Below, in pieces: positions 23,181-36,600 of a stretch of 64,000 nucleotides of DNA. The position numbers and the translations under genes are program-made. The notes beneath the pieces were generated by a model, which made no database searches, was not told where the DNA came from, and saw only the letters and a list, made by a program, of their open reading frames with translations. Origin of the DNA: Camelus dromedarius (lineage: Eukaryota); contig NC_087436.1 in the NCBI RefSeq assembly GCF_036321535.1, forward strand, positions 558,001 to 622,000. The letters run 5' to 3'. Within the stretch, counting starts at the first letter, position 1. Each line of letters begins with the position of its first letter.

Positions 23181-26100
23181 CAAACCGAGTTGGAGCTAGT
23201 ACCTCCCCATATATATGTATGGAATGGAGTTTGCAACTGAAAAGAAACTTTGTGTTCCCAACAAGATAGGTGAAGGACGGCTTTCACACACACTTATCTC
23301 TCAGAACTGAGCAAGTGGAGAGACGTTCGTTCATCTAGCACCAAGGGAACGGTTTGCAGGAGACACTTTTTCTCTGCTTTCTCAGTCTGTTTCCTAGTGC
23401 CGGTTTGAAGTTCCTGCAGTTTTCACTGTCAAACCGAGTTGGAGCTTGTACCTCCCCATATATATGTATGGAATGGAGTTTGCAACTGAAAAGAAACTTT
23501 GTGTTCCCAACAAGCTAGGTGAAGGATGGCTTTCACACACAATTATCTCTCAGAACAGAGCAAGTAGAGAGACGTTCGTTCATCTAGCACCTAGGGAACG
23601 GGTTGCAGGAGACACTTTTTCTCTGCTTTCTCAGTCTGTTACCTAGTGCCGGTTTGAAGTTCCTGCAGTTTTCACTGTCAAACCGAGTTGGAGCTAGTAC
23701 CTCCCCATATATATGTATGGAATGGAGTTTGCAACTGAAAAGAAACTTTGTGTTCCCAACAAGCTAGGTGAAGGACGGCTTTCACACACACTTATCTCTC
23801 AGAACAGAGCAAGTAGAGAGACGTTCGTTCATCTAGCACCTAGGGAACGGGTTGCAGGAGACACTTTTTCTCTGCTTTCTCAGTCTGTTACCTAGTGCCG
23901 GTTTGAAGTTCCAGCAGTTTTCACTGTCAAACCGAGTTGGAGCTAGTACCTCCCCATATATATGTATGGAATGGAGTTTGCAACTGAAAAGAAACTTTGT
24001 GTTCCCAACAAGCTAGGTGAAGGACGGCTTTCACACACACTTATCTCTCAGAACTGAGCAAGTGGAGAGACGTTCGTTCATCTAGCACCAGGGAACGGGT
24101 TGCAGGAGACACTTTTTCTCTGCTTCCTCAGTCTGTTTCCTAGTGCCGGTTTGAAGTTCCTGCAGTTTTCACTGTAAAACCGAGTTGGAGCTTGTACCTC
24201 CCCATATATACGTATGGAATGGAGTTTGCAACTGAAAAGAAACTTTGTGTTCCCAACAAGCTAGGTGAAGGACGGCTTTCACACACACTTATCTCTCAGA
24301 ACAGAGCAAGTGGAGAGACGTTCGTTCATCTAGCACCAAGGGAACGGGTTGCAGGAGACACTTTTTCTCTGCTTCATCAGTCTGTTTCCTAGTGCCGGTT
24401 AGAATTTCCTGCAGTTTTCTCTGCAAAACCGAGTTGGAGCTTGTACCTCCCCATATATATGTATGGAATGGAGTTTGCAACTGAAAAGAAACTTTGTGTT
24501 CCCAACAAGCTAGGTGAAGGACGGCTTTCACACGCACATATCTCTCAGAACTGAGCAAGTGGAGAGACGTTCGTTCAACTAGCACCAAGGGAACGGGTTG
24601 CAGGAGACACTTTTTCTCTGCTTCCTCAGTCTGTTTCCTAGTGCCGATTTGAAGTTCCTGCAGTTTTCACTGTCACACCGAGTTGGAGCTTCTACCTCCC
24701 CATATATATGTATGGAATGGAGTTTGCAACTGAAAAGAATCTTTGTGTTCCCAACAAGCTAGGTGAAGGACGGCTCTCACACGCACTTATCTCTCAGAAC
24801 GGAGCAAGTGGAGAGACGTTCGTTCATCTAGCACCAAGGGAACGGGTTGCAGGAGACACTTTTTCTCTGCTTTCTCAGTCTGTTTCCTAGTGCCGGTTTG
24901 AAGTTCCTGCAGTTTTCACTGTAAAACGGAGTTGGAGTTTCTACCTCCCCATATATATGTATGGAATGGAGTTTGCAACTGAAAAGAAACTTTGTGTTCC
25001 CAACAAGCTAGGTGAAGGACGGCTTTCACACACCCTTATCTCTCAGAACTGAGCAAGTGGAGAGACTTTCGTTCATCTAGCACCAAGGGAACGGGTTGCA
25101 GGAGACAATTTTTCTCTGCATTCTCAGTCTGTTTCCTAGTGCCGGTTTGAAGTTCCTGCAGTTTTCACTGTCAAACCGAGTTGGAGCTAGTACCTCCCCA
25201 TATATATGTATGGAATGGAGTTTGCAACTGAAAAGAAACTTTGTGTTCCCAACAAGCTAGGTGAAGGACGGCTTTCACACACAATTATCTCTCAGAACTG
25301 AGCAAGTGGAGAGACGTTCGTTCATCTAGCACCAAGGGAACGGGTTGCAGGAGACACTTTTTCTCTGCTTTCTCAGTCTGTTTCCTAGTGCCGGTTTGAA
25401 GTTCCTGCAGTTTTCACTGTAAAACAGAGTTGGAGCTAGTACCTCCCCATATATATGTATGGAATGGAGTTTACAACTGAAAAGAAACTTTGTGTTCCCA
25501 AAAAGCTAGGTGAAGGACGGCTTTCACACACACTTATCTCTCAGAACTGAGCAAGTGGAGAGACGTTCGTTCATCTAGCACCAAGGGAACGGGTTGCAGG
25601 AGACACTTTTTCTCTGCTTCTCAGTCTGTTTCCTAGTGCCGGTTTGAAGTTCCTGCAGTTTTCACTGTAAAACCGAGTTGGAGCTAGTACCTCCCCATAT
25701 ATATGTATGGAATGGAGTTTGCAACTGAAAAGAAACTTTGTGTTCCCAACAAGCTAGCTGAAGGACGGCTTTCACACACACTTATCTCTCAGAACTGAGC
25801 CAGTGGAGAGACGTTCGTTCATCTAGCACCAAGGGAAAGGGTTGCAGGAGACACTTTTTCTCTGCTTTCTCAGTCTGTTTCCTAGTGCCGGTTTGAAGTT
25901 CCTGCAGTTTTCACTGTCAAACCCAGTTGGAGCTTGTACCTCCCCATATATATGTATGGAATGGAGTTTGCAACTGAAAAGAAACTTTGTGTTCCCAACA
26001 AGCTAGGTGAAGGATGGCTTTCACACACAAATATCTCTCAGAACAGAGCAAGTAGAGAGACGTTCGTTCATCTAGCACCTAGGGAACGGGTTGCAGGAGA

Positions 26101-27659
26101 CACTTTTTCTCTGCTTTCTCAGTCTGTTTCCTAGTGCCGGTTTGAAGTTCCTGCAGTTTTCACTGTAAAACCGAGTTGGAGCTTCTACCTACCCATATAT
26201 ATATATGGAATGGAGTTTGCAACTGTAAAGAAACTTTGTGTTCCCAACAAGCTAGGAGAATTACGGCTTTCACACACACTTATCTCTCAGAACAGAGCAA
26301 GTGGAGAGACGTTCGTTCATCTAGCACCAAGGGAACGGGTTGCAGGAGACACTTTTTCTCTGTTTTATCAGTCTGTTTCCTAGTGCCGGTTTGAAGTTCC
26401 TGCAGTTTTCACTGTCAAACCGAGTTGGAGCTAGTACCTCCCCATATATATGTATGGAATGGAGTTTGCAACTGAAAAGAAACTTTGTGTTCCCAACAAG
26501 CTAGGTGAAGGACGGCTTTCACACACACTTATCTCTCAGAACTGAGCAAGTGGAGAGACGTTCGTTCATCTAGCACCAAGGGAACGGGTTGCAGGAGACA
26601 CTTTTTCTCTGCTTCCTCAGTCTGTTTCCTTGTGCCGGTTTGAAGTTCCTGCAGTTTTCACTGTAAAACCGAGTTGGAGCTTCTACCTCCTCATATATAT
26701 GTATGGAATGGAGTTTGCAACTGAAAAGAAACTTTGTGTTCCCAAAAAGCAAGGTGAAGGACTGCTTTCACACACACTTATCTCTCAGAACTGAGCAAGT
26801 GGAGAGACGTTCGTTCATCTAGAACCAAGGGAACGGGTTGCAGGAGACACTTATTCTCTGCTTTCTCAGTCTGTTTCCTAGTGCCGGTTTGAAGTTCCTG
26901 CAGTTTTCACTGTAAAACCGAGTTGGAGCTTGTACCTCCCCATATATATGTATGGAATGGAGTTTGCAACTGAAAAGAAACTTTGTGTTCCCAACAAGCT
27001 AGGTGAAGGACGGCTTTCACACACACTTATCTCTCAGAACTGAGCAAGTGGAGAGACGTTCGTTCATCTAGCACCAAGGGAACGGGTTGCAGGAGACACT
27101 TTTTCTCTGCTTCTCAGTCTGTTTCCTAGTGCCGGTTTGAAGTTCCTGCAGTTTTCACTGTCAAACCGAGTTGGAGCTAGTACCTCCCCATATATATGTA
27201 TGGAATGGAGTTTGCAACTGAAAAGAAACTTTGTGTTCCCAACAAGCTAGGTGAAGGACGGCTTTCACACACACTTATCTCTCAGAACTGAGCAAGTGGA
27301 GAGACGTTCGTTCATCTAGCACCAGGGAACGGGTTGCAGGAGACACTTTTTCTCTGCTTCCTCAGTCTGTTTCCTAGTGCCGGTTTGAAGTTCCTGCAGT
27401 TTTCCCTGTCAAACCGAGTTGGAGCTTCTACCTCCCCATATATATGTATGGAATGGAGTTTGCAACTGAAAAGAAACTTTGTGTTCCCAACAAGCTAGGT
27501 GAAGGACGGCTTTCACACACACTTATCTCTCAGAACTGAGCAAGTGGAGAGACGTTCGTTCATCTAGCACCAAGGGAACGGCTTGCAGGGGACACTTTTT
27601 CTCTGCTTTCTCAGTCTGTTTCCTAGTGCCGGTTTGAAGTTCCTGCAGTTTTCACTGTA

Positions 27660-30600
27660 AAACCGAGTTGGAGCTTCTACCTCCACATATATATGTATGG
27701 AATGGAGTTTGCAACTGAAAAGAAACTTTGTGTTCCCAACAAGCTAGTTGAAGGACGGCTTTCACACACACTTATCTCTCAGAACAGAGCAAGTGGAGAG
27801 ACGTTCGTTCATCTAGCACCAAGGGAACGGGTTTCAGGGGACACTTTTTCTCTGCTATCTCAGTCTGTTTCCTAGTGCCGGTTAGAAGTTCCTGCAGTTT
27901 TCATTGTCAAACCGATTTGGAGCTAGTATCTCCCTATATATATGTATGGAATGGAGTTTACAACTGAAAAGAAACTTTGTGTTCCCAACAAGCTTGGTGA
28001 AGAGCGGCTTTCACACACACTTATCTCTCAGAACTGAGCAAGTGGAGAGACGTTCGTTCATCTAGCACCAAGGGAACGGGTTGCAGGAGACACTTTTTCT
28101 CTGTTTTCTCAGTCTGTTTCCTAGTGCCGGTTTGAAGTTCCTGCAGTTTTCACTGTGAAACCCAGTTGGAGCTTCTACCTCCCCATATATATGTATGGAA
28201 TGGAGTTTGCAACTGAAAAGAAACTTTGTGTTCCCAACAAGCAAGTTGAAGGACGGCTTTCACACACACTTATCTCTCAGAACTGAGCAAGTGGAGAGAC
28301 GTTCGTTCATCTAGCACCAAGGGAACGGGTTGCAGGAGACACTTTTTCTCTGCTTTCTCAGTCTGTTTCCTAGTGCCGGTTTGAAGTTCCTGCAGTTTTC
28401 ACTGTAAATCCGAGTTGGAGCTTGTACCTCCCCGTATATATGTATGGAATGGAGTTTGCAACTGAAAAGAAACTTTGTGTTCCCAACAAGCTAGGTGAAG
28501 GACGGCTTTCACACACATTTATCTCTCAGAACTGAACAAGTGGAGAGACGTTCGTTCATGTAGCACCAAGGGAACGGGTTGCAGGAGACACTTTTTCTCT
28601 GCTTTCTCAGTCTGTTTCCTAGTGCCGGTTTGAAGTTCCTGCAGTTTTCATTGTCAAACCGATTTGGAGCTAGTATCTCCCCTTATATATGTATGGAATG
28701 GAGTTTACAACTGAAAAGAAACTTTGTGTTCCCAACAAGCTTGGTGAAGAGCGGCTTTCACACACACTTATCTCTCAGAACTGAGCAAGTGGAGAGAAGT
28801 TCGTTCATCCAGCACCAAGGGAACGGGTTGCAGGAGACACTTTTTCTCTGCTTTCTCAGTCTGTTTCCTAGTGCCGGTTTGAAGTTCCTGCAGTTTTCAC
28901 TGTCAATCCGAGTTGGAGCTAGTACCTCCCCGTATATATGTATGGAATGGAGTTTGCAACTGAAAAGAAACTTTGTGTTCCCAACAAGCTAGGTGAAGGA
29001 CGGCTTTCACACACATTTATCTCTCAGAACTGAGCAAGTGGAGAGACGTTCGTTCATGTAGCACCAAGGGAACGGGTAGCAGGAGACACTATTTCTCTGC
29101 TTTCTCAGTCTGTTTCCTAGTGCCGGTTAGAAGTTCCTGCAGTTTTCACTGTCAAACCGTGTTGGAGCTAGTACCTCCCCATATATATATATGGAATGGA
29201 GTTTGCAACTGAAAAGAAACTTTGTGTTCCCAACAAGCTAGGTGAAGGACGGCTTTCACACACACTTATCTCTCAGAACTGAGCAAGTGGAGAGACGTTC
29301 GTTCATCTAGCACCAAGGGAACGGGTTGTAGGAGACACTTTTTCTCTGATTTCTCAGTCTGTTTCCTAGTGCCGGTTTGAAGTTCCTGCAGTTTTCACTG
29401 TCAAACCGAGTTGGAGCTAGTACCTCCCCATATATATGTATGGATTGGAGTTGGCAACTGAAAAGAAACTTTGTGTTCCAAACAAGCTAGTTGAAGGACG
29501 GCTTTCACACACACATATCTCTCAGAACTGAGCAAGTGGAGAGACGTTCGTTCATCTAGCACCAAGGGAACGGGTTGCAGGAGACACTTTTTCTCTGCTT
29601 CCTCAGTCTGTTTCCTAGTGCCGGTTTGAAGTTCCTGCAGTTTTCACTGTAAAACCGAGTTGGAGCTTGTACCTCCCCATATATATGTATGGAATGGAGT
29701 TTGCAACTGAAAGGAAACTTTGTGTTCCCAACAAGCTAGGTGAAGGACGGCTTTCACACACACTTATCTCTCAGAACTGAGCAAGTGGAGAGACGTTCGT
29801 TCATCTAGCACCAAGGGAACGGGTTGCAGGAGACACTTTTTCTCTGCTTTATCAGTCTGTTTCCTAGTGCCGGTTTGAAGTTCCTGCAGTTTTCACTGTG
29901 AATTCGAGTTGGAGCTTCTACCTCCCCATATATATGTATGGAATGGAGTTTGCAACTGAAAAGTAACTTTGTGTTCCCTACAAGCAAGGTGAAGGACGGC
30001 TTTCACACACACTTATCTTTCAGAACTGAGCAAGTGGAGAGACGTTCGTTCATCTAGCACCAAGGGAACGGGTTGCAGGAGACACTTTTTCTCTGCTTTC
30101 TCAGTCTGTTTCCTAGTGCCGGTTTGAAGTTCCTGCAGTTTTCACTGTAAAACCGTGTTGGAGTTTCTACCGCCCCATATATATGTATGGAATGGAGTTT
30201 GCAACTGAAAAGAAACTTTGTGTTCCCAACAAGCAAGGTGAAGGACGGCTTTCACACACACTTATCTCTCAGAACTGAGCAAGTGGAGAGACGTTCGTTC
30301 ATCTAGCACCAAGGGAACGGTTTGCAGGAGACACTTTTTCTCTGCTTCCTCAGTCTGTTTCCTAGTGCCGGTTTGAAGTTCCTGCAGTTTTCACTGTAAA
30401 ACCGAGTTGGAGCTTGTACCTCCCCATATATATGTATGGAATGGAGTTTGCAACTGAAAAGAAACTTTGTGTTCCCAACAAGCTAGGTGAAGGACGGCTT
30501 TCACACACACTTATCTCTCAGAACTGAGCAAGTGGAGAGACGTTCGTTCATCTAGCACCAAGGGAACGGGTTGCAGGAGACACTTTTTCTCTGTTTTCTC

Positions 30601-33600
30601 AGTCTGTTTCCTAGTGCCGGTTTGAAGTTCCTGCAGTTTTCACTGTGAATTCGAGTTGGAGCTTCTACCTCCCCATATATATGTATGGAATGGAGTTTGC
30701 AACTGAAAAGAAACTTTGTGTTCCCAACAAGCTAGGTGAAGGACGGCTTTCACACACACTTATCTCTCAGAACTGAGCAAGTGGAGAGACGTTCGTTCAT
30801 CTAGCACCAAGGGAACGGGTTGCAGGAGACACTTTTTCTCTGTTTTCTCAGTCTGTTTCCTAGTGCCGGTTTGAAGTTCCTGCAGTTTTCACTGTAAAAC
30901 CGAGTTGGAGCTTGTACCTCCCCATATATATGTATGGAATGGAGTTTGCAACTGAAAAGAAACTTTGTGTTCCCAACAAGCTAGGTGAAGGACGGCTTTC
31001 ACACACACTTATCTCTCAGAACTGAGCAAGTGGAGAGACGTTCGTTCATCTAGCACCAAGGGAACGGGTTGCAGGAGACACTTTTTCTCTGCTTCTCAGT
31101 CTGTTTCCTAGTGCCGGTTTGAAGTTCCTGCAGTTTTCACTGTAAAACCGAGTTGGAGCTAGTACCTCCCCATATATATGTATGGAATGGAGTTTGCAAC
31201 TGAAAAGAAACTTTGTGTTCCCAACAAGCTAGGTGAAGGACGGCTTTCACACACAATTATCTCTCAGAACTGAGCAAGTGGAGAGACGTTCGTTCATCTA
31301 GCACCAAGGGAACGGGTTGCAGGAGACACTTTTTCTCTGCTTTCTCAGTCTGTTTCCTAGTGCCGGTTTGAAGTTCCTGCAGTTTTCACTGTAAAACCGA
31401 GTTGGAGCTAGTACCTCCCCATATATATGTATGGAATGGAGTTTGCAACTGAAAAGAAACTTTGTGTTCCCAACAAGCTAGGTGAAGGACGGCTTTCACA
31501 CACAATTATCTCTCAGAACTGAGCAAGTGGAGAGACGTTCGTTCATCTAGCACCAAGGGAACGGGTTGCAGGAGACACTTTTTCTCTGCTTCCTCAGTCT
31601 GTTTCCTAGTGCCGGTTTGAAGTTCCTGCAGTTTTCACTGTAAAACCGAGTTGGAGCTTGTACCTCCCCATATATATGTATGGAATGGAGTTTGCAACTG
31701 AAAAGAAACTTTGTGTTCCCAACAAGCTAGGTGAAGGACGGCTTTCACACACACTTATCTCTCAGAACTGAGCAAGTGGAGAGACGTTCGTTCATCTAGC
31801 ACCAAGGGAACGGGTTGCAGGAGACACTTTTTCTCTGTTTTCTCAGTCTGTTTCCTAGTGCCGGTTTGAAGTTCCTGCAGTTTTCACTGTGAATTCGAGT
31901 TGGAGCTTCTACCTCCCCATATATATGTATGGAATGGAGTTTGCAACTGAAAAGAAACTTTGTGTTCCCAACAAGCTAGGTGAAGGACGGCTTTCACACA
32001 CACTTATCTCTCAGAACTGAGCAAGTGGAGAGACGTTCGTTCATCTAGCACCAAGGGAACGGGTTGCAGGAGACACTTTTTCTCTGTTTTCTCAGTCTGT
32101 TTCCTAGTGCCGGTTTGAAGTTCCTGCAGTTTTCACTGTAAAACCGAGTTGGAGCTTGTACCTCCCCATATATATGTATGGAATGGAGTTTGCAACTGAA
32201 AAGAAACTTTGTGTTCCCAACAAGCTAGGTGAAGGACGGCTTTCACACACACTTATCTCTCAGAACTGAGCAAGTGGAGAGACGTTCGTTCATCTAGCAC
32301 CAAGGGAACGGGTTGCAGGAGACACTTTTTCTCTGCTTCTCAGTCTGTTTCCTAGTGCCGGTTTGAAGTTCCTGCAGTTTTCACTGTAAAACCGAGTTGG
32401 AGCTAGTACCTCCCCATATATATGTATGGAATGGAGTTTGCAACTGAAAAGAAACTTTGTGTTCCCAACAAGCTAGGTGAAGGACGGCTTTCACACACAA
32501 TTATCTCTCAGAACTGAGCAAGTGGAGAGACGTTCGTTCATCTAGCACCAAGGGAACGGGTTGCAGGAGACACTTTTTCTCTGCTTTCTCAGTCTGTTTC
32601 CTAGTGCCGGTTTGAAGTTCCTGCAGTTTTCACTGTCAAACCGTGTTGGAGCTTGTACCTCCCCATATATATGTATGGAATGGAGTTTGCAACTGAAAAG
32701 AAACTTTGTGTTCCCAACAAGCTAGGTGAAGGATGGCTTTCACACACAATTATCTCTCAGAACAGAGCAAGTAGAGAGACGTTCGTTCATCTAGCACCTA
32801 GGGAACGGGTTGCAGGAGACACATTTTCTCTGCTTTCTCAGTCTGTTACCTAGTGCCGGTTTGAAGTTCCTGCAGTTTTCACTGTAAAACCGAGTTGGAG
32901 CTTCTACCTCCACATATATATGTATGGAATGGAGTTTGCAACTGAAAAGAAACTTTGTGTTCCCAACAAGCTAGTTGAAGGACGGCTTTCACACACACTT
33001 ATCTCTCAGAACAGAGCAAGTGGAGAGACGTTCGTTCATCTAGCACCAAGGGAACGGGTTTCAGGGGACACTTTTTCTCTGCTATCTCAGTCTGTTTCCT
33101 AGTGCCGGTTAGAAGTTCCTGCAGTTTTCATTGTCAAACCGATTTGGAGCTAGTATCTCCCTATATATATGTATGGAATGGAGTTTACAACTGAAAAGAA
33201 ACTTTGTGTTCCCAACAAGCTTGGTGAAGAGCGGCTTTCACACACACTTATCTCTCAGAACTGAGCAAGTGGAGAGACGTTCGTTCATCTAGCACCAAGG
33301 GAACGGGTTGCAGGAGACACTTTTTCTCTGTTTTCTCAGTCTGTTTCCTAGTGCCGGTTTGAAGTTCCTGCAGTTTTCACTGTGAAACCCAGTTGGAGCT
33401 TCTACCTCCCCATATATATGTATGGAATGGAGTTTGCAACTGAAAAGAAACTTTGTGTTCCCAACAAGCAAGTTGAAGGACGGCTTTCACACACACTTAT
33501 CTCTCAGAACTGAGCAAGTGGAGAGACGTTCGTTCATCTAGCACCAAGGGAACGGGTTGCAGGAGACACTTTTTCTCTGCTTTCTCAGTCTGTTTCCTAG

Positions 33601-36600
33601 TGCCGTTTTGAAGTTCCTGCAGTTTTCACTGTAAATCCGAGTTGGAGCTTGTACCTCCCCGTATATATGTATGGAATGGAGTTTGCAACTGAAAAGAAAC
33701 TTTGTGTTCCCAACAAGCTAGGTGAAGGACGGCTTTCACACACATTTATCTCTCAGAACTGAACAAGTGGAGAGACGTTCGTTCATGTAGCACCAAGGGA
33801 ACGGGTTGCAGGAGACACTTTTTCTCTGCTTTCTCAGTCTGTTTCCTAGTGCCGGTTTGAAGTTCCTGCAGTTTTCATTGTCAAACCGATTTGGAGCTAG
33901 TATCTCCCCTTATATATGTATGGAATGGAGTTTACAACTGAAAAGAAACTTTGTGTTCCCAACAAGCTTGGTGAAGAGCGGCTTTCACACACACTTATCT
34001 CTCAGAACTGAGCAAGTGGAGAGAAGTTCGTTCATCCAGCACCAAGGGAACGGGTTGCAGGAGACACTTTTTCTCTGCTTTCTCAGTCTGTTTCCTAGTG
34101 CCGGTTTGAAGTTCCTGCAGTTTTCACTGTCAATCCGAGTTGGAGCTAGTACCTCCCCGTATATATGTATGGAATGGAGTTTGCAACTGAAAAGAAACTT
34201 TGTGTTCCCAACAAGCTAGGTGAAGGACGGCTTTCACACACATTTATCTCTCAGAACTGAGCAAGTGGAGAGACGTTCGTTCATGTAGCACCAGGGAACG
34301 GGTAGCAGGAGACACTATTTCTCTGCTTTCTCCGTCTGTTTCCTAGTGCCGGTTAGAAGTTCCTGCAGTTTTCACTGTCAAACCGTGTTGGAGCTAGTAC
34401 CTCCCCATATATATATATGGAATGGAGTTTGCAACTGAAAAGAAACTTTGTGTTCCCAACAAGCTAGGTGAAGGACGGCTTTCACACACACTTATCTCTC
34501 AGAACTGAGCAAGTGGAGAGACGTTCGTTCATCTAGCACCAAGGGAACGGGTTGTAGGAGACACTTTTTCTCTGATTTCTCAGTCTGTTTCCTAGTGCCG
34601 GTTTGAAGTTCCTGCAGTTTTCACTGTCAAACCGAGTTGGAGCTAGTACCTCCCCATATATATGTATGGATTGGAGTTGGCAACTGAAAAGAAACTTTGT
34701 GTTCCAAACAAGCTAGTTGAAGGACGGCTTTCACACACACATATCTCTCAGAACTGAGCAAGTGGAGAGACGTTCGTTCATCTAGCACCAAGGGAACGGG
34801 TTGCAGGAGACACTTTTTCTCTGCTTCCTCAGTCTGTTTCCTAGTGCCGGTTTGAAGTTCCTGCAGTTTTCACTGTAAAACCGAGTTGGAGCTTGTACCT
34901 CCCCATATATATGTATGGAATGGAGTTTGCAACTGAAAGGAAACTTTGTGTTCCCAACAAGCTAGGTGAAGGACGGCTTTCACACACACTTATCTCTCAG
35001 AACTGAGCAAGTGGAGAGACGTTCGTTCATCTAGCACCAAGGGAACGGGTTGCAGGAGACACTTTTTCTCTGCTTTATCAGTCTGTTTCCTAGTGCCGGT
35101 TTGAAGTTCCTGCAGTTTTCACTGTGAATTCGAGTTGGAGCTTCTACCTCCCCATATATATGTATGGAATGGAGTTTGCAACTGAAAAGTAACTTTGTGT
35201 TCCCTACAAGCAAGGTGAAGGACGGCTTTCACACACACTTATCTTTCAGAACTGAGCAAGTGGAGAGACGTTCGTTCATCTAGCACCAAGGGAACGGGTT
35301 GCAGGAGACACTTTTTCTCTGCTTTCTCAGTCTGTTTCCTAGTGCCGGTTTGAAGTTCCTGCAGTTTTCACTGTAAAACCGTGTTGGAGTTTCTACCGCC
35401 CCATATATATGTATGGAATGGAGTTTGCAACTGAAAAGAAACTTTGTGTTCCCAACAAGCAAGGTGAAGGACGGCTTTCACACACACTTATCTCTCAGAA
35501 CTGAGCAAGTGGAGAGACGTTCGTTCATCTAGCACCAAGGGAACGGTTTGCAGGAGACACTTTTTCTCTGCTTCCTCAGTCTGTTTCCTAGTGCCGGTTT
35601 GAAGTTCCTGCAGTTTTCACTGTAAAACCGAGTTGGAGCTTGTACCTCCCCATATATATGTATGGAATGGAGTTTGCAACTGAAAAGAAACTTTGTGTTC
35701 CCAACAAGCTAGGTGAAGGACGGCTTTCACACACACTTATCTCTCAGAACTGAGCAAGTGGAGAGACGTTCGTTCATCTAGCACCAAGGGAACGGGTTGC
35801 AGGAGACACTTTTTCTCTGTTTTCTCAGTCTGTTTCCTAGTGCCGGTTTGAAGTTCCTGCAGTTTTCACTGTGAATTCGAGTTGGAGCTTCTACCTCCCC
35901 ATATATATGTATGGAATGGAGTTTGCAACTGAAAAGAAACTTTGTGTTCCCAACAAGCTAGGTGAAGGACGGCTTTCACACACACTTATCTCTCAGAACT
36001 GAGCAAGTGGAGAGACGTTCGTTCATCTAGCACCAAGGGAACGGGTTGCAGGAGACACTTTTTCTCTGTTTTCTCAGTCTGTTTCCTAGTGCCGGTTTGA
36101 AGTTCCTGCAGTTTTCACTGTAAAACCGAGTTGGAGCTTGTACCTCCCCATATATATGTATGGAATGGAGTTTGCAACTGAAAAGAAACTTTGTGTTCCC
36201 AACAAGCTAGGTGAAGGACGGCTTTCACACACACTTATCTCTCAGAACTGAGCAAGTGGAGAGACGTTCGTTCATCTAGCACCAAGGGAACGGGTTGCAG
36301 GAGACACTTTTTCTCTGCTTCTCAGTCTGTTTCCTAGTGCCGGTTTGAAGTTCCTGCAGTTTTCACTGTAAAACCGAGTTGGAGCTAGTACCTCCCCATA
36401 TATATGTATGGAATGGAGTTTGCAACTGAAAAGAAACTTTGTGTTCCCAACAAGCTAGGTGAAGGACGGCTTTCACACACAATTATCTCTCAGAACTGAG
36501 CAAGTGGAGAGACGTTCGTTCATCTAGCACCAAGGGAACGGGTTGCAGGAGACACTTTTTCTCTGCTTTCTCAGTCTGTTTCCTAGTGCCGGTTTGAAGT

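Noticed and set aside
28579..28992. Longest ORF (137 aa; copies at 33806 and 39281)
   Set aside because: It is read-through of about 1.7 monomers caused by a TAG>TTG variant. The peptide is internally repeated and starts at TTG.
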